From: Veleropilina oligotropha
Lineage: Eukaryota
Direction of reading: 5' to 3'
NCBI GenBank assembly: GCA_048128005.1
Contig: JBEUKZ010000095.1
Span: 1 to 64,000 of the forward strand
Length of the DNA: 64,000 bases
Shown here: piece after piece, positions 22,730 to 32,019 of the stretch
Position numbering within the stretch: position 1 is the stretch's first letter
Layout of the letters: every line of letters begins with the position of its first letter
The notes under the pieces: generated by a model
The model's input: only the letters and a program-made list of their open reading frames with translations
Told to the model about the DNA's origin: nothing
Database searches by the model: none
Made by a program: the position numbers and the translations under genes

Positions 22730-23371
22730 TTACTCGCCAGCCCCGATTTTTTTCAGCAGCTCCGCGCGTCCCTCTTTACGGCCGCGCTCAATAAGCTCGC
22801 TTTGGGTCTGTGAAACCGCGGTGTGCGCCTTTAGACTTTTGAGGCGAACCGTGGCCTTCATTGTCCGATATTTGGCCATCTCGTCTGTGACAAGTTTGAA
22901 TTCTTCATCAGACATCTCCCCGTCCGATAAGGCCTTTGAGACGTGGTCGCTGATGGTGTTCAGCTTGCTTTCGGCCAGTGCTCGAATCTCGTTGTGCTTC
23001 TTAGCCTTCACTTGGAGGCGGCGGCTAATGTATTTCCCACCCATACTTGCGAGCCCACACCCTAACGCCGCTAATTCCAGCACTAGGACAACAGGTGCCG
23101 CAACGATTGTGGACAGTAGACCAATGCCGGCGCTACCCATACCAAGGGTGGCGACGACAAGGGCCGAATCCACCCCGTCAATGACATTCACTCCTCGTCA
23201 GTACTTCTTGTACAGGGCAGCCCGTGTGTCCCTCTCTCGTTCTAGCTGTCCCTGAAGCTCATTCACTTTCTGTAGTCGGAACGACTGTGCCTCCGGAACT
23301 TCCGAAAGCACATCGCCAGGCCTGCCATCAAGTTGTGGGTACAGTGTTGGCGCTGAGGGTTTGTTGTCCAT
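22730..23371 (-). pseudogene. Coiled-coil plus hydrophobic membrane protein with N-terminal PSAP-T-LYPQL; one in-frame TGA
   Basis: ATG at 23371 reads MDNKPSAPTLYPQL...LYKKY*RGVNVIDGVD, in frame with ORF 22730-23191; stop at 23198-23200. Confidence 0.8.
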
Positions 23372-23503
23372 TATTCGTGGCTGTATTGTTCAGCCTGTTG
23401 ATTCCGAATGTCTACCGTAACCGTAACGTTCAAATAAAAGGTGTTCACCAAGGGGGCCTTGATTGCAAAGGCGAGGGTTAGCTTGTCCGAATCCAGGCCA
23501 AGT

Positions 23504-23725
23504 CTATTTATGGAACATGCCTTGGGAGCCCCCCCCGGCCGGCTGGACCGGCGTCATGTGGATCATTAGAAGGGCTGGGTTCAACCCAAACCGACCTTCA
23601 GCGTTTGGGATCATAAACTCCCTCCTCGCCAGCCCCTTCTTGGGCGCTTCCCCACAATTAAGAACAAAGTGCCACTGGGTCGCTGAAGGCGCTTCTGCGA
23701 GAAGGGTCCCATAGATCCTGCTCAT
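23504..23725 (-). CDS. Small hypothetical protein
   Basis: ATG overlaps the penton stop (ATGA coupling). Confidence 0.5.
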   Translation of the reverse strand: MSRIYGTLLAEAPSATQWHFVLNCGEAPKKGLARREFMIPNAEGRFGLNPALLMIHMTPVQPAGGGSQGMFHK

Positions 23726-24426
23726 CGTATCTCAAGGACTGCGGATATCGGCATACCGTGATTGTCGAGCGGGTTACCATCTGGGTCTGTGACGTACACC
23801 TTCAATTCTGTGAGTAGCCCCGCCTGCAGTCGCCGAAATTCTGGATAACTATGGTAGTGGGCAGCCTCACCGAACACCTGCGACGTTATAGGGACCACCG
23901 CGATAATATTGCTCGGGGCGCCGTCCTTCACATTGTGTGTGGTACTGAGCTGCTCCAGATGAACGTGTAGGGTCGCTGCAATGGCAAACCCGACAGGCTC
24001 GTTCCCGTCATAAGTCCCAGGGCGTAGCCATTGCGGCTCATCTGCAAGCTTGTTCTTGTCATAAGTCATAAATAGCCATTTTGAAAGGCTGAAGCCGAGG
24101 AGCTTCCGTATATCGTCGCTTATCGCGAGTCGAGTCCCCTCTGGAACAACGAGTTGTGCGAGTCCGGTAGCATGGCTTACCTCCAGCCGCATATTAGCTA
24201 GGGACCTCTTCATTGTCTTGGCGAGGGAATCGAAGCTGTAGAACCCTGGTGCCACCTCTACCGTGGTATCGGGGGTCTTAAAGAAGGCTCCAGCGTGCAC
24301 GTTATGCCAGCCGACCCAGTAGTCGAGCGAGCGCAGGCCGATGCATTGCTTGCCTTCCCGGTTATCTATCGGTTGCAGGAGGGCAACCGCGGTCCCCTCT
24401 TGAACACTCGTTACCGTGTGGAACAT
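23722..24426 (-). CDS. Minor capsid protein (penton)
   Basis: GW.NV, PGFYS...L, LLGF, LHVHL......N...G.PS.II..VPI....FG, ELKV..TD.DG.P.D..G..IS..LEIR. Start taken as the ATG at 24426; the ORF track starts at 24456. Confidence 0.8.
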   Translation of the reverse strand: MFHTVTSVQEGTAVALLQPIDNREGKQCIGLRSLDYWVGWHNVHAGAFFKTPDTTVEVAPGFYSFDSLAKTMKRSLANMRLEVSHATGLAQLVVPEGTRLAISDDIRKLLGFSLSKWLFMTYDKNKLADEPQWLRPGTYDGNEPVGFAIAATLHVHLEQLSTTHNVKDGAPSNIIAVVPITSQVFGEAAHYHSYPEFRRLQAGLLTELKVYVTDPDGNPLDNHGMPISAVLEIR

Positions 24427-24430
24427 AGCT

Positions 24431-25685
24431 ATGGCTCTTAGCCCCTTTGCGTTCAATGGGAGTGCGGCCTATCCGACCGGTGTGGTGTACCCAGCAAATA
24501 TCAAAGATGAGCAGCTTACAAAACCAGGCGTCGTTGTCTCCTCGTCTGAATCTCCGGCATTCGGGGCAGACTACCCCGACGTCTTCCAAAAATACCGCCT
24601 CCCTCACGTTGCGAGTGACCAGCTACTACAGGCTTGGGACAGCACGCCCATGCGGTTCTGGCAAAACAAGGTCAATTTCGCAGTCTGGTGTGCTACAACA
24701 GGTTCCGGGGTATCCGCAGAAGACCACTTGAATGCGACCGACCCCCTCTCCAGAGCCGTATTCACCTTCCACGTCTACTATCAGGTCAGAAGGATCTTGT
24801 CCGAAATTCAGGCGCCGCTGCCACAAGACATGACATGGGATGCATTTGACACCCTGTATCACCGCAGGGCGTACGAGAAGATCTGCAGCGAATTTGGAGT
24901 GTCTCCACACACCGACTGGCGAGTCGAGGGCCCCAATAAAGGGCTCGGCACTGCTTTCAGCTACTGGACGAACAATGGCTACCACTCCATCGGACGTGCG
25001 TATGATCCCGGTCGAATGTCCTTCACCAAAGGTACGACAAACACGAATCTGCACGTGGACTACAAACGGCTGGGCTTCCTTTATACTGGACAAGTCAGCG
25101 GGATTTACCCGGGCCGGCGTGGAGAGGCTCAATGATTCCATCAGGACCTACGTCTGGACGATTCTTGGAGCGCAGGCTCAAACACGTGCAAGCATTCTGG
25201 GTAGTGGGACGGCATTTGACGCGCAGAAACAGTTCCTGGCGAACGTGGAAGATGCCATCGCATCGCCAGTGGACCTCCCAGCAGCAATCAAACGGTACCA
25301 GGAGGTGTTACAGTATGCCAGGTCCAAGGTAGACTTCGTATTCGGCGTTGGCCTGTACATGGCGCCAAGTGACATGCTCCTGCGAATAGGGCGGGTGGCT
25401 GGGTATAACAACGAAATTGTCGTTGCTACGGAAGACCAGACACTAGGTCTTAATACGACCGTCAACGCGGCCAGTGTTCCACCCGACGCCACTGGGGATA
25501 CTGGAGAGACAGGAATGGTCATCCCACAAGATGCAGTCTTACGGGCAGATGCTCCGAAGCATCCAAACGATGAGGCCGGGGCAGCTGTTCCAGCGGCCGT
25601 TGGAACACATGACGAGGAGAAAACCGCACTCATCGTGGGCGGCGTTGTCGTTGGCCTAGCGTTCATCTGGCTGGCTGCACCCTAA
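24431..25685 (+). pseudogene. Hypothetical protein with C-terminal membrane anchor, one frameshift near 25065
   Basis: ORF 24416-25135 (...LHVDY) continues in ORF 24840-25685 (NGWASFILDKS...), which ends in ALIVGGVVVGLAFIW. Confidence 0.7.
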
Positions 25686-26852
25686 ACTGGCTAGCGGCCA
25701 TAAGAAGCAAGCCCCCCACATATATAATCACAGCCCACAGGTTCTCAGCAAGCCACGACGCCGTCTTGCCAACCAGGTTTATAAGCCAGGAAAGCAGGCT
25801 TCCAAGTATTCCTGGGAGTGCGGCAGCCGCCTTCCCTGCTAGTTTGCCCAGAATCCGACCCAGGTTCTGCAGCTGCTTTTTTACCCACTCCTTTATCCCT
25901 TGACCACTGGAAGGTGGTTGTGGTTGTGGTATGCTCGGCGCTCCGCCTGTTAGGGCTAGTATCAAAGTCGAGATGGCCAACCCGATCCGACTTATCCGAC
26001 TTATCATTTCTCGGATCCGGCCGATTTGAGAGCGAAGGGCATCCCGGCTGGATGAGGCTGCCTCTAGGCGAGCTGCTCGTTCATCATTTAAGTTGCGCAG
26101 ACGTTCCACGATTCGTCGACGAACGAACTCTTCCACACCCCCCATTCATCTGCCTGATCGAGCTTCCTTTTCTCCAGGGCTATGTGTTCATCCAGCGCCG
26201 TTAGTTTGGCCAAGTTGTTAGTTAGCTCGCCCCGAATTGTCTGCATCGCCTTGTCAAGTCCGCGAAGCTCACGGAGGTTTAATGGAGGGTCCCCCATTGT
26301 GCCTAAGAGCTCTTCAACCTCAGAATCAGTGAACGTCGTCTCCATTTTGTGGATTGCTGCTGATGCATCATTCGCAGTTCGCCCCAAGTCCCGCAGTTCT
26401 ACGGTGTCTACATTGGCGGCCGCACCGCTCAACTCACTGTCGGCTGTCTGAAAAGCTGCGACGGCTTTTGAGGCCAGCTTCTGTCCCCCCCGCTTCCAGT
26501 CTACGAAGCCCAACCCATCTCTGATGGCACTACCCCCACCACGCCGGCCAGCTATGGTTGCCAAAGCCTTGGGTTTACCGGTGCTAGAATTGATGAGATC
26601 GATGTGGGGCCAGGCTTTCATCTGCAGTCGCCCGTCCACGTAATCGAACCTGGAGTAATCACGCCCCGTGGCGGGGGTTTGCCCCTCCTTGGACAGGGCG
26701 TTGTAGTAGTCATCAACCGCTGTTTGAACAAGCTCTTGCCGCAGACCGCTGGTTCCTTCCTGTGGCGCCGCCACAATCCAGTCCGTGGATCCAACCTCAC
26801 CATCATCGACGGTGATGTCGGGCTCGAACATGGGGTTCTCGAATTCCGCCAT
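25663..26852 (-). pseudogene. Coiled-coil protein with amphipathic/hydrophobic C-terminus, frameshift near 26145
   Basis: MAEFENPMFEPD... joins GGVEEF...LGKLAGKAAAALPGILGSLLSWL...LWAVIIYVGGLLL across a C run. Confidence 0.7.
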
Positions 26853-26895
26853 TTGAATACAACCACAGGGGTACGCATCTAATTCAGCCAACAAC

Positions 26896-28200
26896 ATGGC
26901 CAGCCTTTACGGACGCAAGCTTGATCCATACCGCAGACTGCGAGAGCCTCTTGGGGTCAAGGGTACCTGCCAGTCGGTCACCATAACCAATAACCCATCC
27001 ACCATCGCCGCAAACCAGCAGCTGCTGGTCAGGTTTCCCAATCTCGGGGCTCATGACGTGATCGTTCCAGGGACTGCCCACCTCGCATTCACAGTCTCTC
27101 TGCACTCGTCGGATCCGGATAGGACCGTTGTTCAGAACCTTGGTCGTGCCGTGATCAAGAAGACCACGATAAAGATCAGCGGCAACGAGATCATGTCGAT
27201 AGACGACTCCGACGTTTATCACTGCTACTGCGATCTCTGGAAGACATCCCAGGAACGCCAGAACGCCCACTACCAGGGAATTGATACCAGCGATGGACGC
27301 AATACTACGAAGATCCGTGTCGGAGCGGCCGACGCCTTCAGACTTTCTGAGGACGTGGCGATCTCGGTCACTTATGAGAATCGCTACCGCATCCCACTTG
27401 ACTTTGAGCTTCTAGAAAGCGCAATGCCCTTCTATCAGAGCGCGCTGGGCGACCGTCTCGAATATGAGCTCACGTTCAACGACCACAGCCGGACTATCAA
27501 GGCCGCGGATGACTCCAGCGCCAGCTACATCATCGACAATATCAGCCTGGAATACGACATGGTCACCCGGGCAGACCTGGCCAGGCTGATCCGCAACCAG
27601 TACTCGGGCCGCATCGCCATCCTCTACGACCGTGTGCTCCGGCATCGCAAGCTCACCAGGGACAAGAGCGACACGCTGTGGAATCTGAACCTGAACGTGC
27701 CGGCGAGGTCCATGAAAGGGTTTTTAATGCTGTTTGAGGATCCCGCGAGAGACGGGGCGCCATTTGCGAGGGACCCCGAGGCCTTCTACAACCCGAAAAT
27801 CACTAAGGTCGAGGTGATCATCGAGGGGGTCCCGAACCAAATCTACAGCCAGGGCATGCGTTCGTACCAGGTATGGGAGGAAGCCACGAAATTCTTCACC
27901 TCCTCCCCGATCAGCAAGCGGCATCCTGAGGTGGCGTTGGTTGCCAAGGATTTGGAACTGGCAGACGTCACCCTGGGCCAGTTCTTGACCAAAAAATTTG
28001 CACTTTGGATCGACATGCGGGTCACCGACGACGATCAGCTGCACGGGTCAGGCCGGAAGGTAGATAACGGCAGCGAGGGCATCACCATCCAGATCACTAA
28101 GACGGGTGAAGCAGCCGGCCCGTTGAACATTTACCTGTACGTGATAATGGACGCACAGCCCAATATCGAGAATGGACGCTTCGTCACAGTGCTGTTCTAG
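26896..28200 (+). CDS. Major capsid protein (probable double jelly-roll)
   Basis: Uninterrupted 434 aa, beta-strand-rich, directly upstream of the packaging ATPase in an element that also has a penton. Fold is inferred. Confidence 0.8.
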   Translation: MASLYGRKLDPYRRLREPLGVKGTCQSVTITNNPSTIAANQQLLVRFPNLGAHDVIVPGTAHLAFTVSLHSSDPDRTVVQNLGRAVIKKTTIKISGNEIMSIDDSDVYHCYCDLWKTSQERQNAHYQGIDTSDGRNTTKIRVGAADAFRLSEDVAISVTYENRYRIPLDFELLESAMPFYQSALGDRLEYELTFNDHSRTIKAADDSSASYIIDNISLEYDMVTRADLARLIRNQYSGRIAILYDRVLRHRKLTRDKSDTLWNLNLNVPARSMKGFLMLFEDPARDGAPFARDPEAFYNPKITKVEVIIEGVPNQIYSQGMRSYQVWEEATKFFTSSPISKRHPEVALVAKDLELADVTLGQFLTKKFALWIDMRVTDDDQLHGSGRKVDNGSEGITIQITKTGEAAGPLNIYLYVIMDAQPNIENGRFVTVLF

Positions 28201-28806
28201 ATGGTTCCCGCACCCCACGACCCCCCACTCCGCAATCATCTGCAGCCAGACTGGTTGTGGGAAGACTGTGTTCATGCTTGGACTGCTGAAAGGGGTCTAT
28301 CGAGGCGTGTTCAGGCACATCGTAATCCTCTGCCCCACGATCAAGCACAACAAAGCCTACCAGTCCTGTCCATGGATCTGGACTGACCCGGAGGTGTACA
28401 TAATCCCCCCCCCGGTGAGCGACTCCATGACTGGTTGCGGGGGTTCTACCGGCTTTTCCAGGGGGAGTCGACCCTCTACATAATCGACGACTGCGTGGCC
28501 AGCAAGGCCCTAGCTAAGAGACGGGACATGCTGACGGAGCTGGCCTTTAGCGGAAGGCATGCCTCCCAGAGTGTATGGGTGGTGACGCAGAAGTACAACT
28601 CGGTCCTGAAGGAGCTCCGCGAACAGACCCGTTGGGTCGCTTTGTTTCATTGCAAGGACCGCGACAGCTTCGAAGACTGTCTTCGCGAGAATGACGTAAT
28701 CGGGCCGCAGGATGAGAGAACAGCGGTGCGCCGGCTGTTGGCCGAGACCCGACACGCCAAGCTTCTGTTGAAAACTGACCAGCCCGTAACTTATAGTGTG
28801 TTGTAG
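28201..28806 (+). pseudogene. A32-like packaging ATPase, frameshifted
   Basis: AIICSQTGCGKT (Walker A, first G replaced by S), C9 run near 28405-28413, then LYIIDD (Walker B), SGRH, VVTQ. Confidence 0.88.
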
Positions 28807-28851
28807 CAGCTACTAGGCAGCTACCAGGCATCTACTGAGCATCTACCCAGC

Positions 28852-29619
28852 ATGTCAGACGCGGTATACCTAGTCTTTGCTTGCAGCCAGGGTCTTGTGT
28901 TGCTGCTACATGTAGCATTGTGGTTCTGGCTGTACGGCTATATTAGACCGGCGAGGCGATGTTGGAAACGCTTGAGGATGGACAGCCTTCTCGACCAACT
29001 CTTGGAGGACGAACAAGAAATGACCGTCACCGGCCACCGCTCGACGACCGATGGCGAGGAACCTGTCAGTAACAGTGGAGTCGCAGGTTCCGAAGGCACG
29101 GCAAAAAAACGGGAGAGGCTTGCCGCGTTAGCCGTTGGAGGGGCCCACAGATACTTGGGGTGCAACCTCACAGTGGACCGGATCGACGACATGACCGATG
29201 ACGAGGACGAAAAGCACCACGCGAGGTATGAAGCGAAACTCGGTGCCGAGATGACGAAGACTCTGGGGACTGCCGCTATTCATCTCTACGCGGGGGCGGC
29301 TAGGATGCTCTTGCCCATTCCACCAGCATCCCAGCTACGACTGATTGCCGACCTGGAGGCCGATCCGTTCATCTCACATGCGCTGTGCACCACAAGCTGT
29401 GAGCTGTATCACCAGTACGGCATGTATCTTGCCCCGCTGACCGCCGCGTTGACCACGGCTAAGCACTGCCGATTTGGACACGTCTGCCCCCCCAAGATAC
29501 CGCAAGAGCGAGAGCGAGATCAAGATGACGACGCCGGAAACGGACCAGCCGATAGAGAGGGTGACCCAGCCGATAGAGACGATAGAGAGAGTGACCTCTT
29601 CTTCGGGGAAGGACCCTAA
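28852..29619 (+). CDS. Hypothetical protein
   Basis: 255-aa ORF in the co-oriented cassette; true start may be the ATG at 28978. Confidence 0.6.
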   Translation: MSDAVYLVFACSQGLVLLLHVALWFWLYGYIRPARRCWKRLRMDSLLDQLLEDEQEMTVTGHRSTTDGEEPVSNSGVAGSEGTAKKRERLAALAVGGAHRYLGCNLTVDRIDDMTDDEDEKHHARYEAKLGAEMTKTLGTAAIHLYAGAARMLLPIPPASQLRLIADLEADPFISHALCTTSCELYHQYGMYLAPLTAALTTAKHCRFGHVCPPKIPQERERDQDDDAGNGPADREGDPADRDDRESDLFFGEGP

Positions 29620-30052
29620 GAAGGTGGCTGCAGGGAGGGCCGGAGCTGCTGCGAGGAAAGCCAAACAGGAGGGGCTACTTGCCCAGGTTCGAAAACTTAA
29701 GGAAGACACCCGCACAGTTCCACAACTACCGGAGGCACAGCCCAAACACAGTGGTAATGCCCCCGGGGCCGAGGTGACCGCGGTCGAAAACGACTTTCGC
29801 GCCGGGAGTGCGGGTGGGGGGGGCGCAGTGTCAGATACACGGAAATCGGACCCATTGAATTGGGCCCCCATCTTCGCTGCAGGCGGGGTTGCGTTGCTAT
29901 TTCTTGTCTGGAAACGCAGCAGTGGTACATCCACACCACATCAACAGCCACCAGCACAGGCGAGGCAGCCCCCAAGCGCCTACCCCGCCCCGGCCCACCC
30001 CACCCCCACCACCGAATTGGAGAATGAGCACTACCCGTTCCATATGCGATAG
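29525..30052 (+). CDS. Hypothetical protein with KDPKKVAAG motif and a transmembrane segment
   Basis: Basic motif KDPKKVAAGRAGAAARKAK, TM IFAAGGVALLFLVW, QPIERVT repeats. Confidence 0.65.
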   Translation: MTTPETDQPIERVTQPIETIERVTSSSGKDPKKVAAGRAGAAARKAKQEGLLAQVRKLKEDTRTVPQLPEAQPKHSGNAPGAEVTAVENDFRAGSAGGGGAVSDTRKSDPLNWAPIFAAGGVALLFLVWKRSSGTSTPHQQPPAQARQPPSAYPAPAHPTPTTELENEHYPFHMR

Positions 30053-30064
30053 TAGCAGTACAAC

Positions 30065-30304
30065 ATGACTACCCTGATTACTGATGGAAAGATGCTCGGC
30101 AACGCCGTTTATCACTCGGCCATAGTGTCAGGCCTTGCCATTGGCTACTCACGCCTGGTAAAGATGGCCTTCAAGGGACAAAGTCCCAAACTTGACTTCA
30201 CGGGTTACGACGTTGGGCTGGTCGTCCTCGACGTAGCGCTCGCCATGGCGACGAAGGACATGCTGATCAAGCAAGGCATCATTCCGGCCGACGTTTTGAA
30301 GTAG
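30065..30304 (+). CDS. Small hydrophobic protein
   Basis: 79 aa, good ATG context, tightly packed in the cassette. Confidence 0.7.
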   Translation: MTTLITDGKMLGNAVYHSAIVSGLAIGYSRLVKMAFKGQSPKLDFTGYDVGLVVLDVALAMATKDMLIKQGIIPADVLK

Positions 30305-30334
30305 TGGGACCTGCTAGATAATCGCAGCACTTCA

Positions 30335-30763
30335 ATGGCTTCCATTGCGATGCTGGTTGGGGGCGCTCTCGTCAACGCCCTCGCCTTCAGCGGGTCAAAC
30401 TTCCTGTTCTCGAAGCTACGCAGCTCCGGTGTTGATGAGGAGCGTAAACGCCACGACAAAGCCGTAGAGCAGCTCCAGGCCGCTCAGACTAAATGGTCAC
30501 AAAAGCGGGCAGAGCGTCTTGACTGGCTCAACGTCGAACTTCGCCACCAGGGTCATGCCGTTGGCACTTTCCGGGATGTGGACGCCGCGATCCGTGAGTA
30601 TGCAGCGATCACCGGCAAGAACCTTGACCCCGCCCTGGGGGGTGGCCCTGAGCCCCAGCTGTCTGACTACTACACGCCGAGTGATGACCAAAAAAAGCGA
30701 GAGATCACCTTCGTCATCCTGGGGATGGCTGCGACTGGGTTGGTAGCCTACAAGCTCGCCTAA
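30335..30763 (+). CDS. Small protein with N- and C-terminal hydrophobic segments around a coiled coil
   Basis: MASIAMLVGGALVNALAFSG...EERKRHDKAVEQLQ...FVILGMAATGLVAY. Confidence 0.75.
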   Translation: MASIAMLVGGALVNALAFSGSNFLFSKLRSSGVDEERKRHDKAVEQLQAAQTKWSQKRAERLDWLNVELRHQGHAVGTFRDVDAAIREYAAITGKNLDPALGGGPEPQLSDYYTPSDDQKKREITFVILGMAATGLVAYKLA

Positions 30764-30808
30764 GTGCTATTATTTCCATGTTTGGACATTTTTTCGTGTG
30801 CGTATAGG

Positions 30809-31072
30809 ATGGGGCTCCCAGAAGAACTGTACTTTGCCATGCAGGAGGTGGGCCTTGCCGCCCTTGGTACTACGTCACTCGACTGCTGGCGGCGCAACGA
30901 AAAGACTATGGTGCGGTTCGCGGTCATGGTGCTCTCCGGGGGCCCGACCAACCGACGGGCGACGACTGGGCAGCTTCCGGAGCCGGTCGCTGAAGCCTGT
31001 TGGAGACTGATCACATTGCTGGAATACCTCGCAAGCCTCGATGGCAGCGAAGAAACAGAAGCCCCCCCCTGA
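30809..31072 (+). CDS. Small hypothetical protein
   Basis: ATG at 30809; stop overlaps the integrase ATG (TGATG). Confidence 0.5.
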   Translation: MGLPEELYFAMQEVGLAALGTTSLDCWRRNEKTMVRFAVMVLSGGPTNRRATTGQLPEPVAEACWRLITLLEYLASLDGSEETEAPP

Positions 31073-32019
31073 TGGCTAAAGAACTCGACGAAACCCTCCG
31101 CAAGTACTACTACGCAGTTGGGGGGTTCCATGGCGTCTCAGCTCTGCACTCAAGGCTTCCAAAAGGCGCAGCCTCAATAAAACGAATCAGGGCGTGGATC
31201 TCGACACAGGAGGTTGGTCGGTATATGCAGACGAAACCCCCTAGAGAAGTATTTGCCCGTTTCACAGAGGACAGGCCCGGCGTGATCCACCAGGCCGATC
31301 TTCTCTACCTCCCACATGACAAGGTCGGCCGTAAAACGTACAAGTATGCGTTGACCTTGGTCGACGGGGCCTCTCGCTACAAAGCTGCCAGACCACTAAC
31401 ATCGAAATCGGCGAGCGAAGTAGCTAAGGCGTTTGCTGACATCTACAAGACCAGCCCGTCCCTCTTATCCTGGCCAAAAACGCTAATGGTGGATGACGGG
31501 CACGAATTCAAAGGGGAAGTATCCACTCTTCTAGGGAAGCACGGAGTTGATATACGATGCGCAGAGCCGGGTCATCACCGATCGCAGGCATTTGTTGAGT
31601 CATTCAACCGCCGGCTGGCTGAACGACTATTCAGGAAGCAAGCGCATGAAGAGCTGAGCAGCGGCCGGGACAACCGCCAGTGGGTGTCCATTCTTCCAGC
31701 GGTAGTAGCAGACATGAATGCGACGCCAACACGACTAACTGGTCTTCCTCCAGTGAAGGCAGCCAACATGTCACAGGTGCCGCTAGTGGCGTCCAAACCA
31801 CCCCCACAGGAAACGCTGCTACCGATTGGCATGCTGGTGTATCTCACAACAAACGAAGAAGACCCGAAAGATACCGGGCGCCGTCGCGCAACGGATCCAT
31901 GGTGGACACATAAGCCCTACCCGATTCGCCGTCGCGTATCGGAACCCCACCAACCCGCGCTCTACTACACGACATTCTCAAAGCATGGGTTCACAAGGTC
32001 GCAGCTGAGACCTGCCTAG
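31072..32019 (+). CDS. Retroviral-like (rve) DDE integrase
   Basis: HQADL...LTLVD.ASRY, MVDDGHEFKG, AFVESFNR; frame intact; no chromodomain seen. Confidence 0.92.
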   Translation: MAKELDETLRKYYYAVGGFHGVSALHSRLPKGAASIKRIRAWISTQEVGRYMQTKPPREVFARFTEDRPGVIHQADLLYLPHDKVGRKTYKYALTLVDGASRYKAARPLTSKSASEVAKAFADIYKTSPSLLSWPKTLMVDDGHEFKGEVSTLLGKHGVDIRCAEPGHHRSQAFVESFNRRLAERLFRKQAHEELSSGRDNRQWVSILPAVVADMNATPTRLTGLPPVKAANMSQVPLVASKPPPQETLLPIGMLVYLTTNEEDPKDTGRRRATDPWWTHKPYPIRRRVSEPHQPALYYTTFSKHGFTRSQLRPA

